A stretch of DNA of 64,000 nt from Eledone cirrhosa (GCA_964016885.1 OZ024764.1:23498001-23562000), one strand, 5' to 3'. Positions 13,558-27,384 are shown, counted from the first letter of the stretch. Program-made: numbers and translations. Notes: generated by a model from the letters alone, not told the origin.

Positions 13558-15625
13558 CAGTGGTACCTTGACTTACAAGTGTCCCAACTAATAAGTTTTT
13601 CGAGATACGAGCCCTCTCTCGGCTGATTTTTTGCGTTGAGTTCCAGAGTAAAATTCGGGTTACGAGTCAGCTTCAGATGCCCCGCCACTAGTTGGCATAG
13701 CGACCGCCACAGGGAATACCGTAACACCCGCCCGGCATCCCATGGCTTCGAAGAAAGTGAGGGCGAAGGACAGTTCTGAGAAGAAGAAGCAGATGATGTG
13801 TATTGAATTAAAGAAAGAAATTATAGAAAAACATGACCAAGGTGTGTGTGTAGTGGATTTGGTGAAGTAGTACGAGCGTAGCACTTCTACGATATGTACC
13901 ATACTGAAGAAGAAGGACTTGATAAAGGCTATAACCCCAGCTAAGGGTGGTAAAATAATTTCTAAATAGCGGACCTCTATCCATGAAAATGTGGAAAAGC
14001 TGCTGATGGTGTGGTTGACGGAGAAGCAGCTCGCAAGAGATACTGTGATGAAGATTATAATATGTGAGAAGGCACGAGCTATTTACGCTGATTTGCTGCA
14101 GCAGACCCCAGGTACTTCTACGGACGAGCCATCGGCAAGCCCTTTAATGCCAGTCGGGGTTGGTTTGAGAATTTTGAAAAGAGGACCGGCATTCACTCCG
14201 TTGTCAGGCATGGTGAGGCAGCGAGCGCGGATATGAAGGCAGCTGAGGATTACCTCAAAACCTTTGCCTGAATTATAGCAGCCAAAGGATACATCCCTCA
14301 GCAAGTCTTTAACTGTGATGAAACAGGACTTTTTTGGAAGAAGATGCCAAGGAGGACTTATATAACGGCAGAGGAGAAGAGGATGCCTGGCCACAAACCC
14401 ATGAAGGATAGGCTAACCCTCGCACTGTGTGCCACTGAGCGGCGAGTGTAAGATTAAGTTGCCGCTCGTTTATCATTCAGAAAACTCCAGAACCTTTAAG
14501 TCACATAAGATTCTGAAAGAAAAACTGCAGGTTATGTGGAGGGCAAACCCGAGGTCATGGGTCACCAGGTAGTTCTTTGTGGAGTGGGTGAATTTGGTCT
14601 TTGGTCCTGACGTTAAAAAATATCTCCATGAAAATAACCTACCCCTGTAAACCCTTCTTGTCCTACATAATGCACCTGCTCACTCACCCACCCTCGAAGA
14701 GTTCAAGTTTATAAAGGTCCTCTACCTTCCACCAAACACCACCCTTATCCTACAGCCCAAGGACCAGCAGGTACCTTCTAATTTCAAGAAGCTCTTCACC
14801 AAGCACCTGTTCAGTCGCTGCTTTGAAGTGACGGAGAGCACAAACTTCACCCTTGAGAGGTCTGGAAGGACCATTATAACATCGTGATATGCCTCAGAAT
14901 TATCGATATGACATGGTAGGGTCTTACAAAGAGGACCTTGACCTCTACATGGAAGAAGCTGTGGCCTGAAGTTGTGTCTAAAACAGACTTTGAAAGACTG
15001 GAACCCGAAGCGGCAGTGGTGGAGGAGATTGTACCCCTCGGTAAGTCCATGGGCCTGGACATGGATGAAGGTGACATCAACGAGCTCATCGAGGAGCACC
15101 CCGAGGAAATGACAACGAAGGAATTAAAGGAGCTACAGACACAGCAATACACAGAGTTTTTGCAGGAAATAGGTGACACAGAGGAGGTTATCTCAACAAG
15201 TGAGATGAAACAAACCCCATTAGACAGGTTCTTATCGAAAATCCCTGCAGATAAAAATGAGGAAAGCGTGGCGAAAAGAGCAAAAATCAGCGAATAAGAT
15301 TCAGTTATTCAGTTCATCCTTTCTCCTCCGTCAACATCCTCAAGTCGTCTGATCTCCAAGATAGATGCTGTACATTATACTTAATAAAACTAGTTTGTTG
15401 CAGTACATTCTATTGTATTGTTTTTTGTATACAATATTTGTCATTTATAAGTACATTTTTCTTATTTAAAAACACGTAACAAAACAAACTGTGGTTTTTT
15501 GGGGGTCTGGAACGGATTAACGGCATTTTATTTTATTTCAGTGGGGAAAATTGATTTGACATACGAGTAATTTAAGTTACGAGGTCCTCCACGGAACAAA
15601 TTAAACTCGTAAGTGAAGGTATCAC

Positions 15626-15627
<2 letters not shown>
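13558..15627 (+). mobile_element. Tigger/pogo DNA transposon with decayed transposase (13742-15297)
   Basis: TIRs cagtggtaccttgacttac / gtaagtgaaggtatcacag. CENP-B-like N-terminus IELKKEIIEKH; EKLLMVW; QVFNCDETGLFWKKMP. Stops and frameshifts. Confidence 0.9.
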
Positions 15628-15656
<29 letters not shown>

Positions 15657-15657
15657 G

Positions 15658-15828
15658 AAGGAACGATCGACTTTCGTCAAATCGGACCGAGGAAGCAATG
15701 TTTCCATTGGTCTTTGCAATTGCTAGTACTATCGGTCGCAACTCCAGGTAGAAGGAACAACGTGAAATAAAGTGTCTTGCTCAAGGTCATAACGCATCGC
15801 CTGGTCCAGGAATCGAACTCACAACCTC
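15658..15828 (-). mobile_element. Same tRNA-SINE family, independent inverted copy
   Basis: Reverse complement homologous to 10820-10995. Confidence 0.75.
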
Positions 15829-17760
15829 AAAATATATATATATATATATAAATGAAGAATATAGAAATTATTGTAGCAAAAAGCCAACAGTATTCCATTA
15901 TATATATGTATATATGTATATATAGTATAAAAGAGAAAACACAGGTAAGCATTAAGAGAAGGATTTTATCCAGGTATTTACGACCGTTTCATTGGTAAGT
16001 GCAACCTTATATTTCTATCCTGCAAATAGCAGCCACTCAATTATAATTGTTGTTCTGTTCACAGTCCAAATTTTCAAAATAGTAAGTTACTCTTGAAATA
16101 ATTCTTAATATATAGAGAAAAACATTTATTTGGAATTGTATTTACTAGTATAGAGAGAGAGGAATCAGAAGGTGAGGGGACAGACGGAATAGTATAGAGA
16201 GAGAGGAAGGGGGAAGAGGTAGGAAGTAGAGTGACAAACTGAGATGGAGGGAGGGGTAGAGGTGGCAGGATTCTTTGGTCAGTTTTGACAGCAGACTTCA
16301 TGTCGTGGAATGTAGTGAGTTAAAGAGAATTAAATTGATCATTTTTGGAGGGATGGATATATATATATATAGTTAAATATTAGACAGGAACAAAAAACAG
16401 GCAGTGCAAATGGTAGTTTATACCGAGAGAGAGACAGACAAACACATCTATACCCCTACTACAGTAAAACAAAACATATGTAAGGGGAGACAACTCTCGT
16501 TACATCCCCCCTTCTTTTTGATATACGTCCTTTACATACTTTGTTCAATGGAATCTGCTTTATTTTGTGTCCTAAGTAGATTTCTGTTTAAGTATTTACG
16601 AGATTCACAATGATTCACGTAACCAAGTTACTTACATAGAGATATATTTCACATAGAATCACAACAAATGAAAATATTAAGTCAACACTCTGTCAATCAG
16701 TCTCACGTCACATGGGGTGCTGGAGTCTCCCTCTAATACTTTCTGAGACAGTCTTACCTCGAGTGATAGCAAGGCTAAGATGTTGGAACTACCAAACACC
16801 CTCATATGTATCACCTGACACCTCGGTAAGGAGAGCTGACAACGATAACAAGAACCTCGTTGTCAGGGACCTATCTCCTCCAAACTTCTCCAACACCACA
16901 GACTAGAATATTCTACTCTTTATTCCCTATCAAATATATTTCAGTCTAGTCATTTATCTTGTATCTTCTATATGTATTTTCAAAACTAACTGTCACATTT
17001 GTGAGACCCCAGTTAGTGATGTTTTTGTCTCCCTCCCACATCCTACATGCTGTAGTAAAAGTGAGGGTCACTGCTTCTGTAGAAGAACGAAATAAAAGTT
17101 AAACTACCAGTAATTATCGGCAAAGTATTTATTCCAGTCTGTGATGTTTGAGAAGCTGGGCTGCTGACAACGAAGTTGTTGTCACTGTTGGCGGCTGGCT
17201 TTACCGAAGTACCCGATGACTGTTGTGAGGGTACTTAGCTGTTCTGTCGGTTTAGCCTCCATATGACCCGATCTTACCGAGATACCCGGTGATCTCTGTC
17301 GGGGTACTTAGCTGTTCTGGCAACTTAGCCTCCATATGACCCGATCTTACCGAGATACCCGGTGATCTCTGTCAGGGTACTCGATTGATCCAGCACCCTA
17401 CTATTTCTACCAACAGGTTATATCGAGGTATCAAGTGATACTCTTTTCTAGTCAAGACCTCCTCTGCTGTCCTCTGTCTTCCAACTGCCCTGTTATTCTA
17501 CAGACTCACGAAAGTGGACACCATCTGAAGGAGAGAGTGGTTGGTGTAGTGGTCATCGCTGGCTATTGTTCAAGTGACACAGGTAAAATACACTACCTAG
17601 ACTGAGGTGAAACGTCTACCGTCCATTCTTCGTCACCAACACCTTACTTTCTCTATTTTAATTACATTTACTGATTTCAACTTCATTTTTTTATTACAAA
17701 CTTTACATAATTTAATTCCGTAAAAATATTTTACGTCACAAAAAAACTTGACCTTTGACA

Positions 17761-17875
17761 TTGAAGCACGCGCAGTGGTGCAGTTGTCGACTTCCTGTCC
17801 ACGTGTCAGTCTTCCTACAACATCATTTAGAAAACATTTCTGTAAATACTAAACACCTGAGACTATAATGTAAGT
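17761..17875 (+). promoter_or_regulatory. Putative ZNF promoter and non-coding exon 1 with splice donor (unit 2)
   Basis: Compact cluster of GCACGCGCA (NRF1-like), ACTTCCTGT (ETS) and CACGTG (E-box), then AT|GTAAGT at 17870. Conserved at 48014 and 61909. Confidence 0.55.
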
Positions 17876-18408
17876 ATTATGTCTATTAATATTGTAGATT
17901 TAAGCTCACTTTTCACATCACAAATATATATTTTCTTGTTTGTTTCATTACTGGAAATATAAAATGTTATCGTAATTATCTATATTTTACCTACCTCTAA
18001 TTAATTAAAGTGAAAACTTTTGTTGTTGCTGAAAAATAAATTAACAAAACTAAATATTTAAATATTCTAAAGGTCGTTTTTATATTATGTGATGATATAA
18101 TTAATATATTTTATTACAATTGTATAAATTTACAGTAGAATAACGTTGTAAATATGTTTTAAATATATACATAAATAACATAAGTGTGTAAATAACATTA
18201 TAAATTGCTGGCAATTCCTTGAGAAAGACATTACAAATATATTGTCTAAACTGTGTATAATAATATACGTTATTGAACAGTAATGATAAAGGAAAGAAAA
18301 ACACAGTGGGAGATGGCAATTCACCACCAAGTGTGATAATAGGCCACACCTCACACCTTAGGGGTTAACTACACACTTTGAGGCAAGCCAACACACTGGC
18401 AGCATTAC

Positions 18409-18809
18409 TAAGGGGCTGAAATAACCAGGTACCCTCACGGGTATCACATGACACCTCATAAGGTGAGGCTCAGCTGCTGAAATAACCAGGTACTCTCACG
18501 GGTATCACCTGACACCTCAGTAAGGTGAGGCTAAGGTGCTGAAATAACCAGGTACCCTCACGGGTAGCACCTGATACGTCAGTAAGGTGAGGCTAAGGGG
18601 CTGAAATAACCCGGTACCCTCACGGGTATCACCTGGTACCTCGGTAAGGCGAGGCTAAGGTGTTGAAATAACCAGGTACCCTCACGGGTATCACCTGACA
18701 CCTCGGTAAGGTGAGGCTAAGGGGCTGAAATAACCAGGTACCCTCACGGGTATCACCTGACACCTTGGTAAGGTGAGTCTAAGGGGTTGAAATAACCAGG
18801 TACCCTCAC
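18409..18809. repeat. 62-bp GC-richer minisatellite, ~6.5 copies (about 2 at 190-290, about 3 at 48660-48813)
   Basis: gaaataacc recurs at 18418, 18479, 18541, 18603, 18665, 18727 and 18789. Confidence 0.9.
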
Positions 18810-19166
18810 GGAAACGACTAGATTTGTAGAAAAAGTAGGGTGAAAGTATACGAAGAGATGTAGTTTCACAGATCTACTCACACCTCACGTTGGGTGGGAA
18901 ATAATTATTTTTCTTACATTTTTTTCTAGACCCCTTTTCAATATTTTCTCTGAACCCCTTAGATACTTGCAATAGACGTTTTATTCCCCAGTATTAGGGT
19001 TAGGGTTTCCGTTTTCAGGAAGAAAAGTCGATTGCAAACATCTAAGAGGTCGAGAAAAATTATAAGGAAAGATAATTATTTCCCAGCCAACTGGAGAAGT
19101 GTGTAGCTCTTCTAAACTCTGATAATCCTGTCTCCCACTTCTTTATCTACAAATCTAGTCGTTTCC
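18810..19166. mobile_element. Foldback MITE-like element with long imperfect TIRs (also 291-650, 48814-49170; right half at 36289-36390)
   Basis: Perfect 21-bp terminal inverted repeat ggaaacgactagatttgtaga / tctacaaatctagtcgtttcc, plus further inner inverted segments. No TSD seen. Confidence 0.75.
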
Positions 19167-19299
19167 TGCTACTTTGAAGGCCCTATTTATTGATAACACC
19201 ACTTGTAAATCTTTGTCAACTTTTCATACGTAAATTGTGAATCAGTTATTTTTAAACAAACTATCAAAGAAGTGATCTCACAGTAACTGTGTTTGATTT

Positions 19300-19510
19300 A
19301 ATCAACTTATTCCCCCCAAACATTGTCGACCTTGTGTCTAAATCAGAAACTATTATAAGATCTTAAATCAACCTCGTAAAGATGAAGGGCAAAGCTAACC
19401 TCGGCGGGATTTCAACCCTTTATGTTATGAGTTCAAATCCCACCAAAGTTAACTTTGTCTTTCATTCTAAAGGAGTGGATAAATTAAAGTTCCAGTAATC
19501 TACTGGGGTC
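19300..19510. mobile_element. Cluster of old SINE fragments in opposite orientations (also 49310-49512)
   Basis: aacctcggcgggattt (minus) abutting gagttcaaatcccaccaaagttaactttg (plus). Confidence 0.6.
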
Positions 19511-19568
19511 TGAGATATTAAGGTTTGAGTAGATTCTATCTTTTTGTGTGTTTGTATTTATAATCTTA

Positions 19569-19677
19569 CTAGAAACCCTGTGACCTGTTGGGTCACGTTC
19601 CCTTTAAAAATAATATTTAAATAATTAAAATATACACAGACATGTATATAATGTAAAATGAAATTAGTAGGCCCATG

Positions 19678-19718
<41 letters not shown>

Positions 19719-19727
19719 GTATATATA

Positions 19728-19765
<38 letters not shown>

Positions 19766-20038
19766 CACACGTCACTTGTTCTAATTTTATAACTTTGTTC
19801 AACAGCACCACCAGCTATCTCTCTCACACACACCCATTATCTTTCTCTCTCTATTTATAAAGGTACCAGAAAAACCCCATATCTCGGGAACCTGTGCATT
19901 GATTTACGTGAAACTTATTTTATCCCATTTGTATTCCCATTTCAGGGTCAACTTCCTTTCAAACTATTTTCCCATTATGCCCCGTTTTGGCTGTATTACA
20001 TTACAGATAAGACACAATCACAGAGTTTTAGGTTTATA
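19569..20038 (-). mobile_element. Same Helitron-like family, independent inverted insertion (also 49571-50063)
   Basis: CTAG at 19569, perfect gtgacc/ggtcac hairpin, body homologous to 6982-7377. Confidence 0.72.
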
Positions 20039-20184
20039 ATGTTATAGTATCATGATAGGGTAATACAGTTATTTATAGACCTGTGGTAAATGTTGGTTCA
20101 GTCCACCCTGGGGTGTGTAAGTGTTGGTTCAGTCTACCCTGAGGGGTGTCAGTGTTGGTCAATGATAACCTTTATAACTAGAGG

Positions 20185-20590
20185 CCTGTTGGTGAGGACA
20201 AGCTGGAAGTGGTGACATCTTTCTGCTACCTGTGTGACATGTCAGCTGGAAGTGGAGCCAAGTTCATTGCCATCGTGCTGTGCCACTCCACAGGTAACAA
20301 GTTTAGGCAGCTTCTCCTAATCCTCAAGACATGTCTACCATTAGACACCATGGGGCAGATTTATAACACCTGTGGGAGAAGTGTGTTGTTTCATGCCAGC
20401 GAGACCTGGGCCATGTTATCTGACTGTCTGAATTGACTCTGAAGAAATGACAGAGCTATGATCCACTGGATGTGTAGTGTGACCATTGAGGATGATGTCA
20501 GCTCAACTGAGCTCTTAAAAAAACTGCTGATCGACAACCTCAAGGATGTGTTTCACAGGAGACACATGCACTGGTATGGCCATGTTGTGC
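20185..20590 (+). mobile_element. Old RTE C-terminal fragment (also 50210-50618)
   Basis: EVVTSFCYL...HASETW...HWMCSV...HWYGHV. Confidence 0.75.
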
Positions 20591-20591
20591 A

Positions 20592-23200
20592 TTCTCTCTC
20601 AACTCATCTATGCTTGGTCGTTGATGCACATTGACATTGCACATCCAACAGAGCATACTTGCTTCATTTCTCTCCAGCCATCGCATATCCTCCACAGTTG
20701 CTGTGCATGTCTCACTACCGTGCAGCATCACACATCTCACGCAGGCATCACAAGCCATTCGTTCTTAGAGAGAAACCCTTCTTTGTCAACAGAGGAAGCA
20801 GCTCCCTAAACTTCTTCCAACCCATCCTTATTCTAGATACTATGGCCTCTGAGCACCCTCCTCCCATGCTAATTTGATCACCTAGATACCGGAAGCTATC
20901 AACCACTTCTATAGAACCTACCTGCATTTGAAAAATGTGTCTATCACTGCGACTTCTTCTGTTAAATTTCCCTGTACATCTACTACATATGTATTTTTCC
21001 CTACCTGTTAGTTTGCCTGCTATCCCACTACATTTCTTGTGTACCCAAAATCTGCATTGTGTACATTATAGAATTTATGCCAGTTCCTTTTCTACATATC
21101 GAACAAGGCCATTTCCCTGATGGAATGACAGTTTTGTCCTCTTTTCTACTCATCAACACTTTAGTCTTAGCTAGGTTCACTCTCCGTCCTCTTGATTCCA
21201 ACTGCTGTTGCAATAGCCAGAATTTATTCTCTAGCTCCTCTGCTGATTCTGCTCTAAGAACCAGATCGTCAGCCTAGAGAAGTACCCATGGGCAGCCAGT
21301 CTTAAACTCCTCTGTTATGGCTTGGAGGACTATAATGAACAAGAACGGGCTGAGGACCGAACCCTGATGTACTCCTACTTGTATCTGGAATTCCTCAATA
21401 AACTCCATGCCTACCCTGACTTTACTGACAGCACCTCTGTACATACAAGCCATTCCTCAATACCTAGTTTCCTTAGGGACCACCAGATGACAGATTGGGG
21501 TACTCTATCAAAGGCCTTCTCTAGGTGAACAAAAGCTAAGTATAGTGGTTTATTCTTCTCTCAGAACCTCTCTTGTAGTTGTCTCACTAAGAAGAGGGCA
21601 TCTGTTTGACCCTTTCTCTAAGTTGCGCTAGTATTCTTTCTGTCACTTTCATAACCTGATCCATCAGTTTTATGCCCCTATAATTACTCCTCTCCAGAAC
21701 ATCCCCTTTACCTTTACCTAAATTTATGAGAATACTGCTGCACCAGTCTTTGGGTATGACACCACCATATATAGCTTGATTAATGATGCATACAACCAGT
21801 TTAATTCCTACTTCTCCTGATGCTTTTTGCATCTCAGCAACTATCCCCAACAGTCCAGCAGACCTCCATTTTTCCTTTCCTTGATTACCTCTTGGACCCT
21901 ATAGTCATCAATCTCAATAGCTGGTCCTTCTGTCGGGTCTACTGAAGGTAGTTTCTCTCCTATTCATTCTCCACATTCATCAGTCTCTCATAATGACATT
22001 TCCAGGCCTTCTTTTTCTGATCATTCGTGACACTAAGTACACTGGCATCATCCCGGACACAATTATCTCCAACAACATCCTGATTTGCACTGACACACTG
22101 CCTTGCAATGTGGAACACTGCACGCCTCTGATCTTCCCGTCGCAGAACATTGGCAAACCTCCTACTCTCAGCCTCTCTGCGTGCTAAGTAGACCTGACAT
22201 CTAGCTTCTCTCTTAGTGGCTGTGTATCGGTCTCTACCCCTACAATTTTTCCAAACATTCCATGCTAGTCTTTTGTCTCTAATGGCTCTATCTACCGTGC
22301 TGTTCCACCACCAGGTCACTCTCTGTCTGGTTGGAGCTCTGCTCCAGCCACAAGTTTTATGAGTAACCTGCAGTAAGTTGTCATGTAAGAAATTCCAGTT
22401 ATCAACTATGTCATACGACGCTAAAACGTCTTCTTTTTCATCATACACATCTTGAAGGGCTTGCCTAAATTTATATTTTAGTGAAAGGACTTTTAGTTTC
22501 TAGACCTTCCTTTTTCACACCTTCTTGTATGTCTCATTTTGTCTCTTGCTTACTGAGATGTCACTAACGACTAACCTATGTTGGGGGGTTACATTGTTCC
22601 CTGGGGTATGCCTTAGTATTTGACACCATCTATCTCTCTTGCTACTTAACTAGCAAGAAGTCAATCTGTCTCATGTGCTCACCTGATTGGTAGGTTTCTT
22701 TAAGTGTTGCAAATGGTTAGTTCACTTGTATCACAAAATACAAGAAGCCTCACTCCTTCTTCATTTCTTGAGCCATAACCATGACCACCATGTACCCCAG
22801 TGTATCCATCCTGGAGCTGTCCAACATGACCATTGAAGTCCCCTGCTATTATAACTAGGTCTCTGTCATTGTGGTTATCTCTACTTATTCCTTTTCTACA
22901 TATGGAGCAGGGCCACTTTCCTGAAGGTGTCAGGGTCTTCTCTCCTATCCATTAGCACTTTAGTTTTGGCTAAGTATATTCTCAGAACTTACCATTTCAA
23001 ATTCTATATCTATAGTTGGTCATCTACATAGCGAAGTTTCCATAGACAGCCAGTCTTAAACCTCTCTGTTATGGCTTGGAGAACTATGATGAACAACAGT
23101 GGGCTAAGAACTAAACCACGATGAACTCCTACCTGTACCTTCAATTCCTCACTAGACACTTTACTGACAGCTTCTCACAAGCCATTCTTCTACACCTAAT
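20592..23200 (-). mobile_element. Decayed RTE LINE (APE endonuclease plus RT fragments) in predicted intron of unit 2
   Basis: Fragments IAGDFNGHV, TWWWNS, PKDWCSSI, NYRGIKL, SGKWPCS and LHGSET, with many stops. Confidence 0.88.
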
Positions 23201-24521
23201 TTCTTTAAACCTTTAGTATATAAACTGGCCAGAATTCTCTCACATCTTTCTGTTCAAACTGGCCGTAACTGGTCACTTATACTTATGTTAAGGTATTGTT
23301 CTCAAAATAAGTAACATCAAAATCTCATAGATTTGATATTATCTGAGATAAAGCATTTACTGTGAAAATATAATAGTAAATATAGAGTAATGTGAATACT
23401 AAAGGGTTAATCTAATGTCACTAATAACTACTTTTATCAGTCACATTAATCTAATATCACTAATAACTACTTTTATCAGTCAGTTTAATCTAATCTCACT
23501 AATAACTACTTTCATCAGTCAGTATAATCTACTGCCACTAATAACTACTTTTATCAGTCAGTATAATCTACTGCCACTAATAACTAACCTATGTTAGGCA
23601 GCACATTCTTCACCAAGGAAGGCCTTAGTATTTATTACATTCCATTTATCAATATAGAAATATTATATGAAATTTGTACTGATGTATTACAAGTTTCTCA
23701 GTATCTTACAATGTTCTTTTATTATTTCAGAATACCAGAGGACATTGGCATTAAAGAGCACGTTACATCAGACATATCCTCAACATTAACCATTTCTAAT
23801 GAAAGACACTACCCATCATTTTCAAATAATTTTGAAAACACTCAACTCTTTGAAGGGATTTAGTAATATAACTAAATTTCTCAGTATTAAGCTGCTATTT
23901 GGAACATAATTTTGCACAATTTCATGAAGTTACAATGGAAAGTTTTTAGATAAATATAAAGACTGGTATGAAAAGGATAAAACACTTTTATGTCAGTTGT
24001 TTCATCAACACTATTATTTAAAGATTAAAGGAAGCTGTTATACAGAACAGATACAACCTTGTTTATATAAATCTATGGGAGAAATACTGGAAAATATTTC
24101 TTGTAAACTCAATAACACTTCTATTCTTTGCTGTCTGGAATATGTAGAAGATACAAAATAAAGCTGAAGAAATTTACACATGATTTTGTAAGATCTTCAT
24201 ATATTGACAAAGTTGATAGTAGATGGAACTACAGGAGTAGAAATATTTCCATTATTACAGGAATAACTAATCAAATGAAGACCAGAAAAATTAGATTCTT
24301 CACTGTCTGGAATATGTACAAGATGATTTTATATGTATATTAAACTTGAAGAGATCTACAAAACAGTTTGTATCATCTTTAAATATAAAGAAAGACCAAA
24401 GTTGATAGAAATATATCTGGAGGAATATGTTTTAGGAATAATATTATAAACATAAAGAAGAAAAATATCTATATATTGACAGGAGAAAAATATTAAAACT
24501 GTGAATTATGTGAGAAACTGA

Positions 24522-25575
<1,054 letters not shown>

Positions 25576-26999
25576 CTGTATCAATATCAAACTCATTACA
25601 TCATACTACAACAACAACAACAACAACAATTGTGTAGATGCATCCTCCTTGCTAAAACTGGGGTTAACCTTGTAGGTTTTACCTATGACAGGGATCATAA
25701 AACCAGGTTTCCATTTTTGAAGCAGTGTTTGAAGATTTTGTGTAAATTAAAGTTTTTCACGTTAAACTTTGATTTATTATACTTTAACAGGTAAGATATA
25801 TATTTGTATTTTTAGTAAAGGTTGGGAACTTCTGTAATTTAAACCTGCCAATAAAATGAAAACTTTTGTTGTTGTTAGTCAGACATTGATATTAATTCTA
25901 TTGTCCTGTACATTGTCTCAAATATCACAGATTAAACAGATTTTAACAATATCAACAGAAATCAATAACTTGTAAGCCTAATATCTAGCTTCCATTTTAA
26001 CTATTTAATATTGTTCCCCTCCTGTCTCTTCAGGTCTTTTAGATTTCAACTTCTATCTACTATACTATTCCATCACCAAGGCAACATTCATCTGGCTGGC
26101 AGCTTACATCAACTCCAGATCTCATCAGTGGTTCACAACAGGCTGTCTGAAAGAAACTTCCAGATATCTTCTATGTCATAGCTATCAATCTCCTCCTCCT
26201 TATCATATGTATCATGTAGAACATCTCTGAATTTATATTTAACAAGGAGATCTTTTACTATCCCTAACCTTGTCTCTAGGTTGTCTTGTACCTCTGTCAC
26301 AGTCCCTCTAGATCTTATATTTAACAGGGAGATCTTTTACTATCTCTACCTCTTTCTCTAGGTTGTCTTGTATCTCTCTCACAGTCCCTCTAGATCTTAT
26401 ATTTAACAGGGAGATCTTTTACTATCTCTACCTCTTTCTCTAGGTTGTCTTGTACCTCTCTCACACTCCCTGTAGATCTTATATTTAACAGGGCGATCTT
26501 TTTCTAGCCCTACCCTTTTCTCTAGGTTGTCTTGTACCTCTCTCAGTCCCTCTAGATCTTATATTTAACAGGGAGATCTTTTACTGTCCCTACCCTTTTC
26601 TCTAGGTGGTGTTGTACCTCTCTCACTGTCCCTGTAGATCTTATATTTAACAGGGAGATCCTTTACTCTCCAACCCTTCTTTCTCCAGATAGTCTTGCAT
26701 CTGTCAGTCCCTCTAGATATTACACCTAGTATCTAGTCTATGTTGAGTGGTACGTCCTTCTCCAGTAAAGGAGTTAATATTCCCAACCATCTGTCTATCC
26801 TGTTTTCTGATGAGAATGAAGTCAATCTAGTTTATCTCTTCACCTGATTGAAGTAACTAGATGGTTTCCTGTAAGTTAGTGTTGCAGTGTTTGTGTCACC
26901 ATGTAAGGTATATATCTATTAATATAGAGATGTAGTAAAGTATTCACTGTTGTATCTCTATTTTCTAAATATCTTAATAATGTTTCTCTACTATTTCAG

Positions 27000-27384
27000 A
27001 ATATCACATGACCTCGACAGAAAAGAGTCTTTTAAAGACAACAGAAAGATGTTACATACAAGTGATATAAACTTGTTTAGTCTGTGGTGAATTATGGTGA
27101 AATATTTCTTCTGAATTGAGATAAATAACAACATATTCCTTTTTCACTGTCTGGAATATTTACAAGATGATTTTACATTCTGATTAAACTTTAGATATTT
27201 ACAAAGGAGTTTTCAAAATATTTGGATATTGACAAATATCACATTTGATAAAATTATGAACAATAGAAATATTTACATCAACATAGGAATATTTTCCAGA
27301 AGAGATGGGAATATCATTATACCACTGTAATATTTGTGGTAAAGTATTCTCTCTTCTTTATATGTAGAATATCTAACTAAACAC
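27000..27384 (+). pseudogene. Relic ZNF exon copy
   Basis: Near-identical to 6487-6870; ATG at 27305. Confidence 0.7.

Larger units (their letters stand above)
11354..16760. repeat. ZNF-less remnant of a duplicated unit
   Basis: At ~11353 the sequence jumps from the pre-promoter block into the 82-bp array. It repeats the relic exon and Helitron, then regains the pre-promoter block (16470-16765 matches 11060-11352). Confidence 0.75.

Noticed and set aside
15940-16340. Penelope-like end with hammerhead (GAAACGGTCG on minus strand)
   Set aside because: No matching CUGANGA or RT/GIY-YIG remnant could be identified by eye.
16712-16906. 64-aa ORF conserved in four units as a small gene
   Set aside because: Conservation is explained by recent duplication. 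It has no recognisable motif and overlaps a degenerate 62-bp repeat.
17000-17740. Solo LTR (TGTGA...TCACA with AATAAA)
   Set aside because: No TSD, PBS or PPT; termini this short can occur by chance.
18409-18809. 62-bp palindromic repeats as a CRISPR array or hammerhead ribozyme array
   Set aside because: Units are contiguous with no unique spacers, there are no cas genes, and no CUGANGA core pairs with the GAAA on either strand.
19558-19860. YIYI-rich ORFs (also ~29.9-30.3 kb and 49.6 kb) and ORFs antisense to RT genes
   Set aside because: Translations of (TA)n/(TG)n microsatellites, or shadow frames of TE ORFs.
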